From assembly GCA_963836365.1 (NCBI GenBank), contig CAWIJC010000004.1:72251-136250 (forward strand): 64,000 nt of DNA. The letters are read 5' to 3'. The notes beneath the pieces are model-generated. The model saw nothing but the letters and a program-made list of their open reading frames with translations, made no database searches and was not told the origin of the DNA. Numbering within the stretch: position 1 is the stretch's first letter; every line of letters starts with the position of its first letter. The DNA comes from an uncultured Actinomycetes bacterium (GTDB lineage: Bacteria; Actinomycetota; Acidimicrobiia; IMCC26256; PALSA-610). The position numbers were made by a program, and so were the translations under genes. Positions 36,639-45,314 of this stretch are shown here, one piece after another.

Positions 36639-36850
36639 CCGTGCCGGCCGGCTCGCGCAGCCGGGCGTCGATCGCGCCGGAAGCCCTCGAGCTCGGCTTC
36701 GACGCCACTTCGCCGGTCGAGCACCATTTCGTCGACAGGCGTTCTGTCCGGCAACGTGCGTTCCTCGCAGCGCACATGGCGGCGCGCACGTGCCGCTTCG
36801 CGCTCGGCGCCGGCGCGGTGATCCTGCCATGGAGCGCTCCGCGTCGCCGA
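36635..36850 (+). pseudogene. N-terminal fragment of an LLM-class flavin monooxygenase
   Basis: ELGFD...VEHHF...LAAHMAART..LGAGAVILPW, then truncated. Confidence 0.6.
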
Positions 36851-36904
36851 ACGGATCGGAGACGTTCCCCGCCGAGGTGCTCCGAGCTGCACGGCCGGGG
36901 CTGA

Positions 36905-37050
36905 GCGAAGCTTCCGAGTGCCGCCGACGCCGCTACGCCGACCACGACCGTCTCCGGTTCCGCTGCGACCGAACCGAACACGATCGTGATCAAGGACTTC
37001 GAATTCATCGCTCCGGCGTCAGTGAAGGCCGGCGCCACTGTCACGGTTGA
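36905..37050 (+). pseudogene. Fragment of a secreted cupredoxin-domain protein
   Basis: A Thr/Ala-rich linker, then TIVIKDFEFIAPASVKAGATVTV, stopping before the Cu ligands. Confidence 0.55.
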
Positions 37051-37340
37051 CGGGCGTTGACACGACGGTGAAGACGGCCGTGGTCGACCCTGCGTTCGCC
37101 AAGGTCAAAGGATGTTCCCGGTCTCGCGAGGCTCGCGTTGCAGCTCGAAGATGTTGCGGCCGCGACGCATCTCTCGGGCATCGACCTCATCAAGGATCCA
37201 GGCGGCATCAAGACCTCGGCATCCATTCAGCCGGTGGAGATGCAACACGCGGCGATCTCGAACCTCGTGCTCGGCCAGTATCCGGTGCCGAACTCGTTCG
37301 CGTCCGGCGACGGCGCCGCGGGCTCGACGACACGATTCGA
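37047..37340 (+). pseudogene. C-terminal fragment of a ferritin-like (Ferritin_2) protein
   Basis: LEDVAAAT..S and SIQPVEMQHAAI..LVLGQYPVP.SF; the N-terminal half is missing. Confidence 0.6.
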
Positions 37341-37378
37341 TAGCTCTTCTCGCTTGCGAGTTCAGGAGTCGAGGCGGC

Positions 37379-37451
37379 GCCACGCGAGGCGCATTGGGTC
37401 CGTCGGAGGCGGTCATCGATCACGGCGTCGGCGCGAAGCGCCTCGCGTGGC
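37379..37451. repeat. 14-bp perfect inverted repeat
   Basis: GCCACGCGAGGCGC at 37379-37392 and GCGCCTCGCGTGGC at 37438-37451. Confidence 0.8.
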
Positions 37452-37578
37452 CGTTCGGTGTGCGGTTGCCGTCGGCCGCGTTGAGAGCGTGACGCGCCGG
37501 CGCGGGGCCCGCTGCCTTCGGTGACCTCCGGATGCCGTCGTCGACAGATCGTCGCGACCGCTAGCGTGATGCGTCTCC

Positions 37579-37652
37579 GGGGACGTAGCTCAGCTGGCTA
37601 GAGCACCTGCTTTGCAAGCAGGGGGTCGTGGGTTCGAGTCCCATCGTCTCCA
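37579..37652 (+). tRNA. tRNA-Ala(TGC)
   Basis: GGGGACG/CGTCTCC acceptor stem with G3:U70, CCTGC-TTTGCAA-GCAGG anticodon arm and GGTTCGAGT T loop. Followed by CCG, not CCA. Confidence 0.97.
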
Positions 37653-38601
37653 CCGCGGAAGAGCTGGTCGCGACGCTGGGCGTCGCGTTGGCCGGTCTTC
37701 ACACTGCTCGTCGTGCCATCCGCGTGCCACTTCCGTGCCACATCGGAAGGCTACCGAGGAAACACCCGGCAACGATGCGGCGACGCTTTGCGATCAGCTC
37801 ATGAGTCGGTGGGTGCAGTGCTCGTCGTCGAGTGCACCTTGAAGACGTGGTGACGGCATCGAGAGAACCACCTCGGTTTCGAGACGAATAGCCGCGGCGA
37901 GTGCTTCGGCGCCGAGAATGTTGAGCGTGTGACGTCCGCGTAGCCGGCCGATGTCGGGCACGAGTTCCCGGAGGCTCATGAGCGCGATCTCTTCGGGAAG
38001 CTCGAGTACCGCAGCCACCGCGCGTTCCCTGAGTCCGGCCGGAAGGTCGGCGAACGGTCCGGACGGACTGCCCGCGCGGTCGGTGGCTCCGAGCACGGCT
38101 TGGCACAACCGGACGTACCCGTAGCCGGTCGCCGCGAGCTCGACGCGGCGCAGGGCTCTTGCGTGGTGCCGCGCAACACTGCGCCGAGAATCTGATCATC
38201 GACGAGCGCGATACTCATTCGCCGCCACGCTTGGGTGTTCGATCAGCCAATCGGCGCCGGCGCACCATCGCGTCTGACGGCCGGCGCACGCCTGATCACT
38301 CGTTTGCGAGATCCGGATCACCGAAGCCTCCCGCAGCCTGTCGCCACTCATCTTCGGTGACAGCTTGCAGCAGGTGTCGCCTCAGACGCTTCACGCCGCC
38401 GGGCACCAGGATCACGCGTCGCCAAGGTCCAAGTACAAGGTGACCGGGCAGGATGCCTTGTATGTTGGGCGCTCCGGACACGCGTTGAGGCCTCAACGTG
38501 TCGGCGCGACGCAGGCACTCGAACGAGTCCAAGGGCTGTCGATCAATGTCGGGCTGGCTCACCATGCCATGCACGCAAGAACGGCGTGTTTCGTCTCCAC
38601 C
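37644..38601. mobile_element. Degenerate island remnant integrated at tRNA-Ala
   Basis: The tRNA 3' end TCGTCTCCACC (37644-37654) is repeated at 38591-38601. Three CGTGCCA repeats at an 11-bp period (37712, 37723, 37734). PIN cargo; no integrase. Confidence 0.55.
37794..38218 (-). CDS. PIN-like domain protein (frameshifted)
   Basis: N-terminal ALVDDQIL and C-terminal LNILGAEALAAA..L. About 140 aa, typical of PIN/VapC toxins. Confidence 0.6.
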
Positions 38602-38627
38602 AAGGTGAAGACATGCTCCGGGTTTGC

Positions 38628-39563
38628 TTACGCCGGGCACGCCAGGTAGTTGATCCAACGCAGCTGCATCTGCGACTCCTCGAATTCTTCCACCGAGTAG
38701 GGACCGTCGCCGGCCAGGTCGAAGATGCGATAGCCGAAGTTGTCGCAGAGCGTTTGGTGAAGTGATATCGACGTCGTGCCGTGGACGGCAGCGGTGAAGA
38801 AGATGTGCTCGAAGATGAGCACCGGCCGGTGGGTCGTGAGCGTGCGCGACGCGCCTCGCAGGAGCAGTCCCTCGGCGCCTTCGACGTCGATCTTGATCAT
38901 GGCGGGGGCGTATTCGGGGTCGAGACAGTCGTCGAGGCGTCCGACGCCGACGGTGATCTCCTCGAGATCGCTGTCGTCGACGTAGTCCGGGTATGGGTGA
39001 CGAGCGAGGCCGCTCATCGGCAAGGCGTTCTTCACGCACACGAAGTTCGCGGTGCCGTTGTTGTCCGAGAGTGCCATCGCGCGGACGTCGGCGGCAGGGA
39101 AGAGGTTCGCGAGGCGACGGGCCGCGTCGGGTCGGGGCTCGAAGGCGACGTGGCGGCCGTTCGGCGCGACGCGCATGATCTCGCGCAGCACATCGCCGCC
39201 CGCGGCGCCGACGTCGATCGCATTGCTGTTCGATCGCAGAGTCGATGCGAGCACGATCCGCATCTGCTCTTGCTCGTAATGATTGCGTCGGGAGGCGGCA
39301 TGGAACCGGGCGTCACCACCGGCGAGAAGGCCCGCGGTCGCGAGTCGAGATGTCGGAGGCGTCATGCCTCCACGCGAGTGCTCCTCGAGCACTGCCCGCC
39401 GGAACTCCTCGAGCGCGCCCGGTCGCCGCAAGAGTTCGGTCCGGAACGCTTCCTTCACGTCGGCCGGTACCTCGGCCTTGGCGTTCGCGATGCCGTCGAC
39501 GGCCGCTGCTCCGAGCTCGTCGCCAGCGCCCGGAACATCCGATCTGCTCGGTTCAGGAGTCAT
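38628..39563 (-). CDS. FkbM-family methyltransferase
   Basis: Motifs AIDVGAAGG, VAFEP, MIKIDVEGAE and RPVLIFE. Confidence 0.9.
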   Translation of the reverse strand: MTPEPSRSDVPGAGDELGAAAVDGIANAKAEVPADVKEAFRTELLRRPGALEEFRRAVLEEHSRGGMTPPTSRLATAGLLAGGDARFHAASRRNHYEQEQMRIVLASTLRSNSNAIDVGAAGGDVLREIMRVAPNGRHVAFEPRPDAARRLANLFPAADVRAMALSDNNGTANFVCVKNALPMSGLARHPYPDYVDDSDLEEITVGVGRLDDCLDPEYAPAMIKIDVEGAEGLLLRGASRTLTTHRPVLIFEHIFFTAAVHGTTSISLHQTLCDNFGYRIFDLAGDGPYSVEEFEESQMQLRWINYLACPA

Positions 39564-39639
39564 CGGCGCTCTTCGCCGGCAAGCTCACGGGCGGCATCGT
39601 ATTTCGCTTCGCCGAAGTGCGACGTCTCGGGTGCGGCGG

Positions 39640-39840
39640 TCGCCGTTCTCGCGCGGAGCCTGCGGGGGGCCGGGCCTCGCCGCTCGGCCCGGGCGTGATG
39701 CGGATCAGCCGGCCTGGCTCCCGCATCATGATCTTTTGCCACACGCCCTTCGGCACGACGACCGCGTCGCCCTCGCCGGGGTCGACCGGGAGGTCCCGCC
39801 GGCGAGCTCGAGGGTGACGGTCACCGCGCCGAGCCCGGAC
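39640..39840 (-). pseudogene. Cupin C-terminal fragment
   Basis: GAVTVTLEL and GEGDAVVVPKGVW.KI...ITPGP in two frames; no N-terminal half. Confidence 0.5.
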
Positions 39841-40163
39841 TGGGGGCCGGCGCGAAGGCCCTCTTGTGTCACCGACGCCAGGATCACGCGCGGTTGCTGG
39901 TGGGGCTGCGGCGTCAGGCGGCTTCGCGGTGCGCACGCCGATCCGGGCACGACGACGATCTCCAACCGGCCGCGGCAGACAGACGACGGGTTTCGTCATT
40001 GCAACAAAGAACCGCCGTTTGACACGGGCGTGCCGAAAATGGATTGCCCGACCGACCGAGCTCTGGTGCACTGCGGGGAACTGCTCGACGAGGGAGACAG
40101 CTATGCGCGCAGCGTTCGTGTCCATCGCGAAGGGAGTTGCCTGTTCGGAGGGCTCAACGCTGT

Positions 40164-42140
40164 ATGCGAACGCTCAACCTGGGGATCGTGGCGCACGTAG
40201 ACGCCGGTAAGACCACCCTTACAGAGCGGCTGCTCTACGCAGCCGGTGTCATTGACGATGTCGGCAGCGTCGATGCCGGCACGACGCAGACGGATTCACT
40301 CCCGCTCGAGCAACAGCGCGGCATCACGATCAGATCGGCGGTCGTCTCGTTCACGATCCGAGACGTCAGTGTCAACCTGATCGATACGCCGGGCCACCCC
40401 GACTTCATCGCCGAGGTGGAGCGGGCGCTGAGTGTGCTCGACGGCGCCGTGTTGGTGATCTCTGCGGTCGAAGGCGTGCAGCCACAGACCCGCATCCTCA
40501 TGCGCGCGTTGAAGAGGCTGCGCGTTCCGACGGTGATGTTCGTGAACAAGATCGACCGGCAGGGCGCACGCTACGAGGGTGTGCTGCAAGCGATCTCGGA
40601 GCGGCTGACACCTACGAGCATCGCGATGGGTTCGGTGCGCGATCTTGGATCGCGGGACGCCGACTTCTTGCCATCGGGCCGCGATGATGCCACCTTTACG
40701 GCAGGGCTGACCGAGGTGCTCGCGGAGGCGGACGAGTCGATCCTCGCCGCGTACGTGTCGGAGAACATGGGTCTGTCCTACGGTCGGCTCCGCGATGAGC
40801 TGGCGGCACAGATAGAGCGCGCGGCCGTCCACCCCGTCTTCTTCGGTTCTGCGATCACCGGTGCCGGCGTCGATTCGCTGATGACCGCGATCGCCGACCT
40901 GCTCCCAGCCGCAGGTGGCAGTGCCGACGGTCTCCTCTCGGGCAAGGTCTTCAAGATCGAGCGTGGCATTGCGGGCGAGAAGATCGCGTACGTCCGGATG
41001 TTCTCCGGAACGATCCGAACGCGAGACCACGTCGAGCTCCGCGAGAACAAGAGATGCCGCGTCACCGCGGTCGGTGTCTTCGAACACGGTGGCGCGGTCG
41101 AACGAAGAGCCGCGGTTGCCGGCGATATCGCGAAGCTCTGGGGCCTCACCGAGATCCAGGTCGGCGACGCGATCGGACAGGCACCGGACGGCATGAGTCA
41201 TCGTTTCGCTCCGCCCACGGTCGAGACGGTCATCGCTCCGCGCGCGCCACATGATCGAGCCCGACTTCGCGTCGCGCTCCGGCAACTCGCAGAGCAGGAT
41301 CCGTTGATCAACGTTCGTCAGAACGACGTCTTCCAAGAGATGTCGGTGTCGCTCTACGGCGAGGTCCAGAAGGAGGTGATCGGGGCGACGTTGGCGACCG
41401 ACTTCGGCATCGACGTCCGGTTCCACCGCACGACGACCATCCACATCGAACGCCCCATCTCTGCGGGTTCAGCCCTCGAGCTCCTTCAATGGGATGCGAA
41501 TCCGTTCTCCGCCACTGTCGGCTTGCGCGTCGAGCCCGCGCCGGTAGCGTCGGGCGTTGCGTTCCGAATGGACGTCCAGCCTCGCGCAGTGCCCACGCAC
41601 ATCTACAAGACCGCCGGCAACTTCGTCGAGCACATGACGCGGTACATTCGTCGTGCCCTTCAAGGGGGCCTGTACGGATGGCAGGTCACCGACTGCACGG
41701 TGACGATGACCGACTGCGGCTTCTACGCCAGCGACGGTCCGACGAAGCCGTCGGGGCGCACAACCCGCACGGTCGCTGCGGACTTTCGCAAGCTCACCCC
41801 GCTCGTCCTGATGCGGGCGCTCCAGCAAGCGAAGACGGTGGTCTGCGAACCGATGCTTCGCGCAAGCATCGAGACGCCGTCGGACACGGTCGGCGCGGTG
41901 CTCGCGCTCGTGACACAGCTCGGCGTCGTCGTCGAGTCGTCGCCGCCGCGCGGCGACCTTTCGGTCATCGCGTTGGTGATGCCGGCGGCACGGATGCAGG
42001 ACCTTCAGCGACGGCTCCCGGGCCTCACGCGCGGCGAGGGAGTTGTCGAATCCACGTTCGCCGGCTACGAGCCCGTGAGAGGCGCGCCACCGACACGGCG
42101 CCGGACGACTGTGCATCGCTCAGTCGCGACGAGCACGTAA
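40164..42140 (+). CDS. TetM/OtrA-family ribosomal protection GTPase
   Basis: Motifs NLGIVAHVDAGKTTLTERLL, QRGITI, DTPGHPDF, NKID, YGEVQKEVI, GLYGWQVTDC and ADFRKLTP. The last codons are probably frameshifted. Confidence 0.9.
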   Translation: MRTLNLGIVAHVDAGKTTLTERLLYAAGVIDDVGSVDAGTTQTDSLPLEQQRGITIRSAVVSFTIRDVSVNLIDTPGHPDFIAEVERALSVLDGAVLVISAVEGVQPQTRILMRALKRLRVPTVMFVNKIDRQGARYEGVLQAISERLTPTSIAMGSVRDLGSRDADFLPSGRDDATFTAGLTEVLAEADESILAAYVSENMGLSYGRLRDELAAQIERAAVHPVFFGSAITGAGVDSLMTAIADLLPAAGGSADGLLSGKVFKIERGIAGEKIAYVRMFSGTIRTRDHVELRENKRCRVTAVGVFEHGGAVERRAAVAGDIAKLWGLTEIQVGDAIGQAPDGMSHRFAPPTVETVIAPRAPHDRARLRVALRQLAEQDPLINVRQNDVFQEMSVSLYGEVQKEVIGATLATDFGIDVRFHRTTTIHIERPISAGSALELLQWDANPFSATVGLRVEPAPVASGVAFRMDVQPRAVPTHIYKTAGNFVEHMTRYIRRALQGGLYGWQVTDCTVTMTDCGFYASDGPTKPSGRTTRTVAADFRKLTPLVLMRALQQAKTVVCEPMLRASIETPSDTVGAVLALVTQLGVVVESSPPRGDLSVIALVMPAARMQDLQRRLPGLTRGEGVVESTFAGYEPVRGAPPTRRRTTVHRSVATST

Positions 42141-42229
42141 CGCAAGCGTCGGCCCGGCCGTACGAGCGCCGACGAGCAGCGCGTCCGGGCTCGAGTGCGC
42201 GCGCATCGAACCAAGTCGCGGGTCGCGAG

Positions 42230-43375
42230 TCAGCCGGCGTCGGCGGCGAGCGCCCGGGCGGTTTCGAGGCGGACGCGAAAGTCGTCATCGTTCGCGTGGG
42301 CTGCGATCGCGGCGTGGCTCGGTGCGACGCCCAACGCGACGATGCCGCGCAGCGCTTTCCATCGCGCCCATGCGTCTACGTCGTCCAGCGCTCGTTCGAG
42401 GAGTGATCGCAGCTCCTCGCGGCCCGCGTCGGCCACGGCGTCGACGACACAGCGGCGGACCATGCGGCTCGGGTCGGAGGCCAGGCGTTCCCACGCGGCG
42501 GCGGCAGTTCCGAAGGGCGCGCCGGCGAGCAGCGCGGCGGCAACCTGGCGCCGCGCCGGCTCGGTGTCGCGACTCGCCGCGAGGATACGGTCGAGATCGT
42601 GGGGCCGGTTCGCGCGCAGCGTCCCGAGCTCGGTCCACGCGCGCTCGAGCCGGCTCGGTTCGTGGCCTCCTTCCGCCCTCGATTCGCCGCGCGATCCGCG
42701 AGCCGTGCGCGGTCCTCCCGCGTGTTGTTCGTCGGTCGGGACTCCGCCGAACTGTTCGGTCACGGCACCCAGCATCGGTGCGAGGAGCGCTTCCCAACGG
42801 TCGGCGTGCGAGATCGTGACCGCGACGAAATCGGGACCGACCAACACGCTGGTGATGTCGGGGAACTCATCGAGCAGATGCGTGACGCGCGGATCGTCGG
42901 TAGCCGTGGTCGAGTCGTAGCTGCGGCTCGGACCCGTATGCAGGTGCCGTGTCGTGAAACGCACCGTACGCGGGCTCGGCGTGGCTTCCGGGAACACCGG
43001 ACCGTCGAACGTCTCACTCAGGTCGCTCGCGATCGTGACATCCGCAGCTGGCGCCGCGGGTACTGGAACGTCTCCCCTCTCGATTCGCAAGCGGAACCGG
43101 CCTTCGTCGTATCCCCACACGAGCGTGATACCCGGATCGAGCTCGGAGCGTCCCCCACCGCGTCCCGCGCCGACGGCATCGGCGAGAGCTTCGTCGTCTT
43201 CGTGCATCCAGGGCTGCGCGGAGAAGAAGCGCTTCACGAGCCGCTTCACCGGCGCGAGCGCCTCGAGTGACAGTCCGCGCATCACGTCTGCGAGCTGCGA
43301 CACCGCTTCGGCGGTCAGGCCGCGCTCCACCACGAGGGCGCGGGCCGCGTCCAGCTCGGAGCCGACGCTCGTCAT
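42230..43375 (-). CDS. Unknown N-terminal domain + Nfu/NifU N-terminal domain + HEAT repeats
   Basis: EATPSPRTVRF...ITSVLVGPDFVAVT....W matches Nfu_N. HEAT-like D...RR repeats at the C-terminus. Confidence 0.72.
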   Translation of the reverse strand: MTSVGSELDAARALVVERGLTAEAVSQLADVMRGLSLEALAPVKRLVKRFFSAQPWMHEDDEALADAVGAGRGGGRSELDPGITLVWGYDEGRFRLRIERGDVPVPAAPAADVTIASDLSETFDGPVFPEATPSPRTVRFTTRHLHTGPSRSYDSTTATDDPRVTHLLDEFPDITSVLVGPDFVAVTISHADRWEALLAPMLGAVTEQFGGVPTDEQHAGGPRTARGSRGESRAEGGHEPSRLERAWTELGTLRANRPHDLDRILAASRDTEPARRQVAAALLAGAPFGTAAAAWERLASDPSRMVRRCVVDAVADAGREELRSLLERALDDVDAWARWKALRGIVALGVAPSHAAIAAHANDDDFRVRLETARALAADAG

Positions 43376-43488
43376 CTGCCCGACGGTACTGGCCGCTGCC
43401 ACGCGATGAATACTCGAGTGGGCCCGCGGGTACCCGCCGAGCTCAACAGCGATTTGGGTGGCCGGTCGGCGTGGCAACACAACACGAG

Positions 43489-44204
43489 TTACGCGCGTTC
43501 CAGGATGTCGAGGTCGCGGGTTGCGTAGCCGGGGTGCGCCCATTCCTCTTCGAAGACCGTGTGAAGGCAGCCCTGCACTGGCGCGTTGCCGTTCTCGACC
43601 ACTTCGACGGTACGCGTGAGGACGGCCGGGTCGAGGTCGGCGAGATACTTCGCGAAGCGGCTGCCGCGATCGTGGCGCACGGCGAGGACGTCGGCGAGCG
43701 ACGGGTCGGCGTTGCGATCGATGTTCGGCCACGGGAAGTCGATGCTTCCCGTGTTCGGCCAGCCGATCGCGGAGTATTCGCCGCCGAGGATCGGTGCGAT
43801 GAACCACTTGTCGATCGCGAACACCAAGTGCCGCAGCGCCTGCACGAACGACCACTCGCCGTTGACGGATGCACGCAGCGTTTCCTCGGGCAGCCGTTGC
43901 GCGCGTTCGATGAGTCCGTCCCAGCGGGTCGAGACCGCATTCCACGCGGCTCGTATACCTTCGGGTCGGTCGGCTGCAAGAGCGCGCGCTCCGGGTCGGT
44001 GCGCGCGAGTTCGGACGTCACGTACGCCGTCACGTCGACGCCGTTGATCCGCACGCCGGCGATCATCCCGTCGATCTCGACGTTCACCAACCACACCTCG
44101 GACATCTTCACGTCGGTGAGATTGGCGCCCTCGACCCGTGCGCCCCTGAGATCAACCTCGCGGAAGTGCGCGCCCCGCAGGTCGGCGTCCTCGAAGTCCG
44201 TCAT
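43489..44204 (-). CDS. Pentapeptide-repeat + DinB-family protein (frameshift near 43960)
   Basis: ADLRGAHFREVDLRGA, INGVDV, GEWSFVQALRHLVFA and EEWAH..YATRDL. Confidence 0.85.
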
Positions 44205-44246
44205 GCGTTCAGTGTCCCAGACGAGATGCGCGCAGCACACCGGCGA

Positions 44247-44441
44247 TCAGCGTCTCTGGCGCCGCACGCTCGACACCAGGACTGCAACGACCGCGGTTGG
44301 GGTGATCCACCATGCCGCGGCGGCGGTTCGAGACACCGCCGCAGTGATCGCGAGCGCGGCGCCGCTCGCGAACGCGAGCCGCCAGTCGTCGCCGATCACG
44401 AAGTCCCACCAGAACCGGCCGAAGCTTCGCAGGCCGTTCAT
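44247..44441 (-). CDS. Small membrane protein (FWWDFVIGDD)
   Basis: 64 aa with two hydrophobic segments; ATGA-coupled to the COG4280 gene. Confidence 0.75.
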   Translation of the reverse strand: MNGLRSFGRFWWDFVIGDDWRLAFASGAALAITAAVSRTAAAAWWITPTAVVAVLVSSVRRQRR

Positions 44442-45190
44442 GCCGCCTCGTCCAACGCCGACGCCGTTCCGCCGACGCGGGCGCTGAGCCAGGCGACGAG
44501 TGCGCACGCCAGGCAGAAGTAGAGGATGATCAAACCGACGAGCGCGGCGTCGCCCGCGGGCCACTCCGCGCCCGCGCCTTCGGCGCCCCAGAACGTTCCG
44601 AACGCCGTCAGCATGATGCCGACACCGAACTTCAATGTGTTCTCGGGGACTCTGCTCAACGGTCGGTGAACGAGCACTCCCGCGATGGTGACGACCACGA
44701 GTGCGCTTGCGGCCGCGGCGATCATCAGCGGGAAGTCGTCGTGCGCCGCACCGAACGTCACGACGAGAAACGCAACCTCGAGACCTTCGAGGAACACACC
44801 TTTGAACGACAACGTGAACGCGTACCAGTCGTGGGGTCCGGTCGGGGCGTGCGTCGCGTCGATCTCGTTCTTCTCGCGCTCGAAGATCTTCTCCTCGTCG
44901 TGCAGTGGCAGAGCACCGGCAGCTCGCAAGATCGCTTTGCGGAGCCATTGCAAGCCGAACGAGAGCAGCAAGAATCCGACGATCACGCGCAGGGTGTCCA
45001 GCGGCAAGAGCGTGAGCGTGGGCCCGAGGGCGGCGACGACGACTGCGAGTGCCGCGAACGCGGCGGCGACGCCGTAACGTACGGAGCGCCAGCCGCGCGT
45101 GAGTCCGACGGCGAGCACGATCGTGAGCGCCTCGACCATCTCGACGGCGCAGGCGACGAAGGCGGCTCCTGCGAGCAGGACGCTTCTCAC
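44438..45190 (-). CDS. COG4280-family membrane protein (putative cation transporter)
   Basis: Motifs VEMVEALTIVLAVG, FGLQWLRKAILR, KGVFLEGLEVAF and VPENTLKFGVG. Confidence 0.8.
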   Translation of the reverse strand: MRSVLLAGAAFVACAVEMVEALTIVLAVGLTRGWRSVRYGVAAAFAALAVVVAALGPTLTLLPLDTLRVIVGFLLLSFGLQWLRKAILRAAGALPLHDEEKIFEREKNEIDATHAPTGPHDWYAFTLSFKGVFLEGLEVAFLVVTFGAAHDDFPLMIAAAASALVVVTIAGVLVHRPLSRVPENTLKFGVGIMLTAFGTFWGAEGAGAEWPAGDAALVGLIILYFCLACALVAWLSARVGGTASALDEAA

Positions 45191-45314
45191 CGGAGTGCGC
45201 CATGGCGATCGAGAACCGTCATCGCACCGAATGTATCGGCGCCGCGAAACCGGCCCGGTCGACCGTAGACGCTCGGGCCTCCCGCTGCTGCTCCAACTCT
45301 CTCCGCGGCATCCT

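Noticed and set aside
37379-37460. Hairpin as an integron attC site
   Set aside because: There is no RYYYAAC inverse core on the left arm, no further cassettes and no intI.
31500-37578. The 6 kb between tRNA-Ile and tRNA-Ala as an integrated element
   Set aside because: No integrase and no duplicated tRNA-Ile end were seen. These tRNAs are separated by genes in other Actinobacteria too.
37712-37740. CGTGCCA repeats as a CRISPR array or iterons
   Set aside because: Only three 7-bp units with 4-nt gaps, and no cas or rep gene. No CRISPR array was seen anywhere in the window.
38296-38298. In-frame TGA as a selenocysteine or readthrough codon
   Set aside because: There is no recognisable SECIS or redox motif; a junction between gene remnants is simpler.
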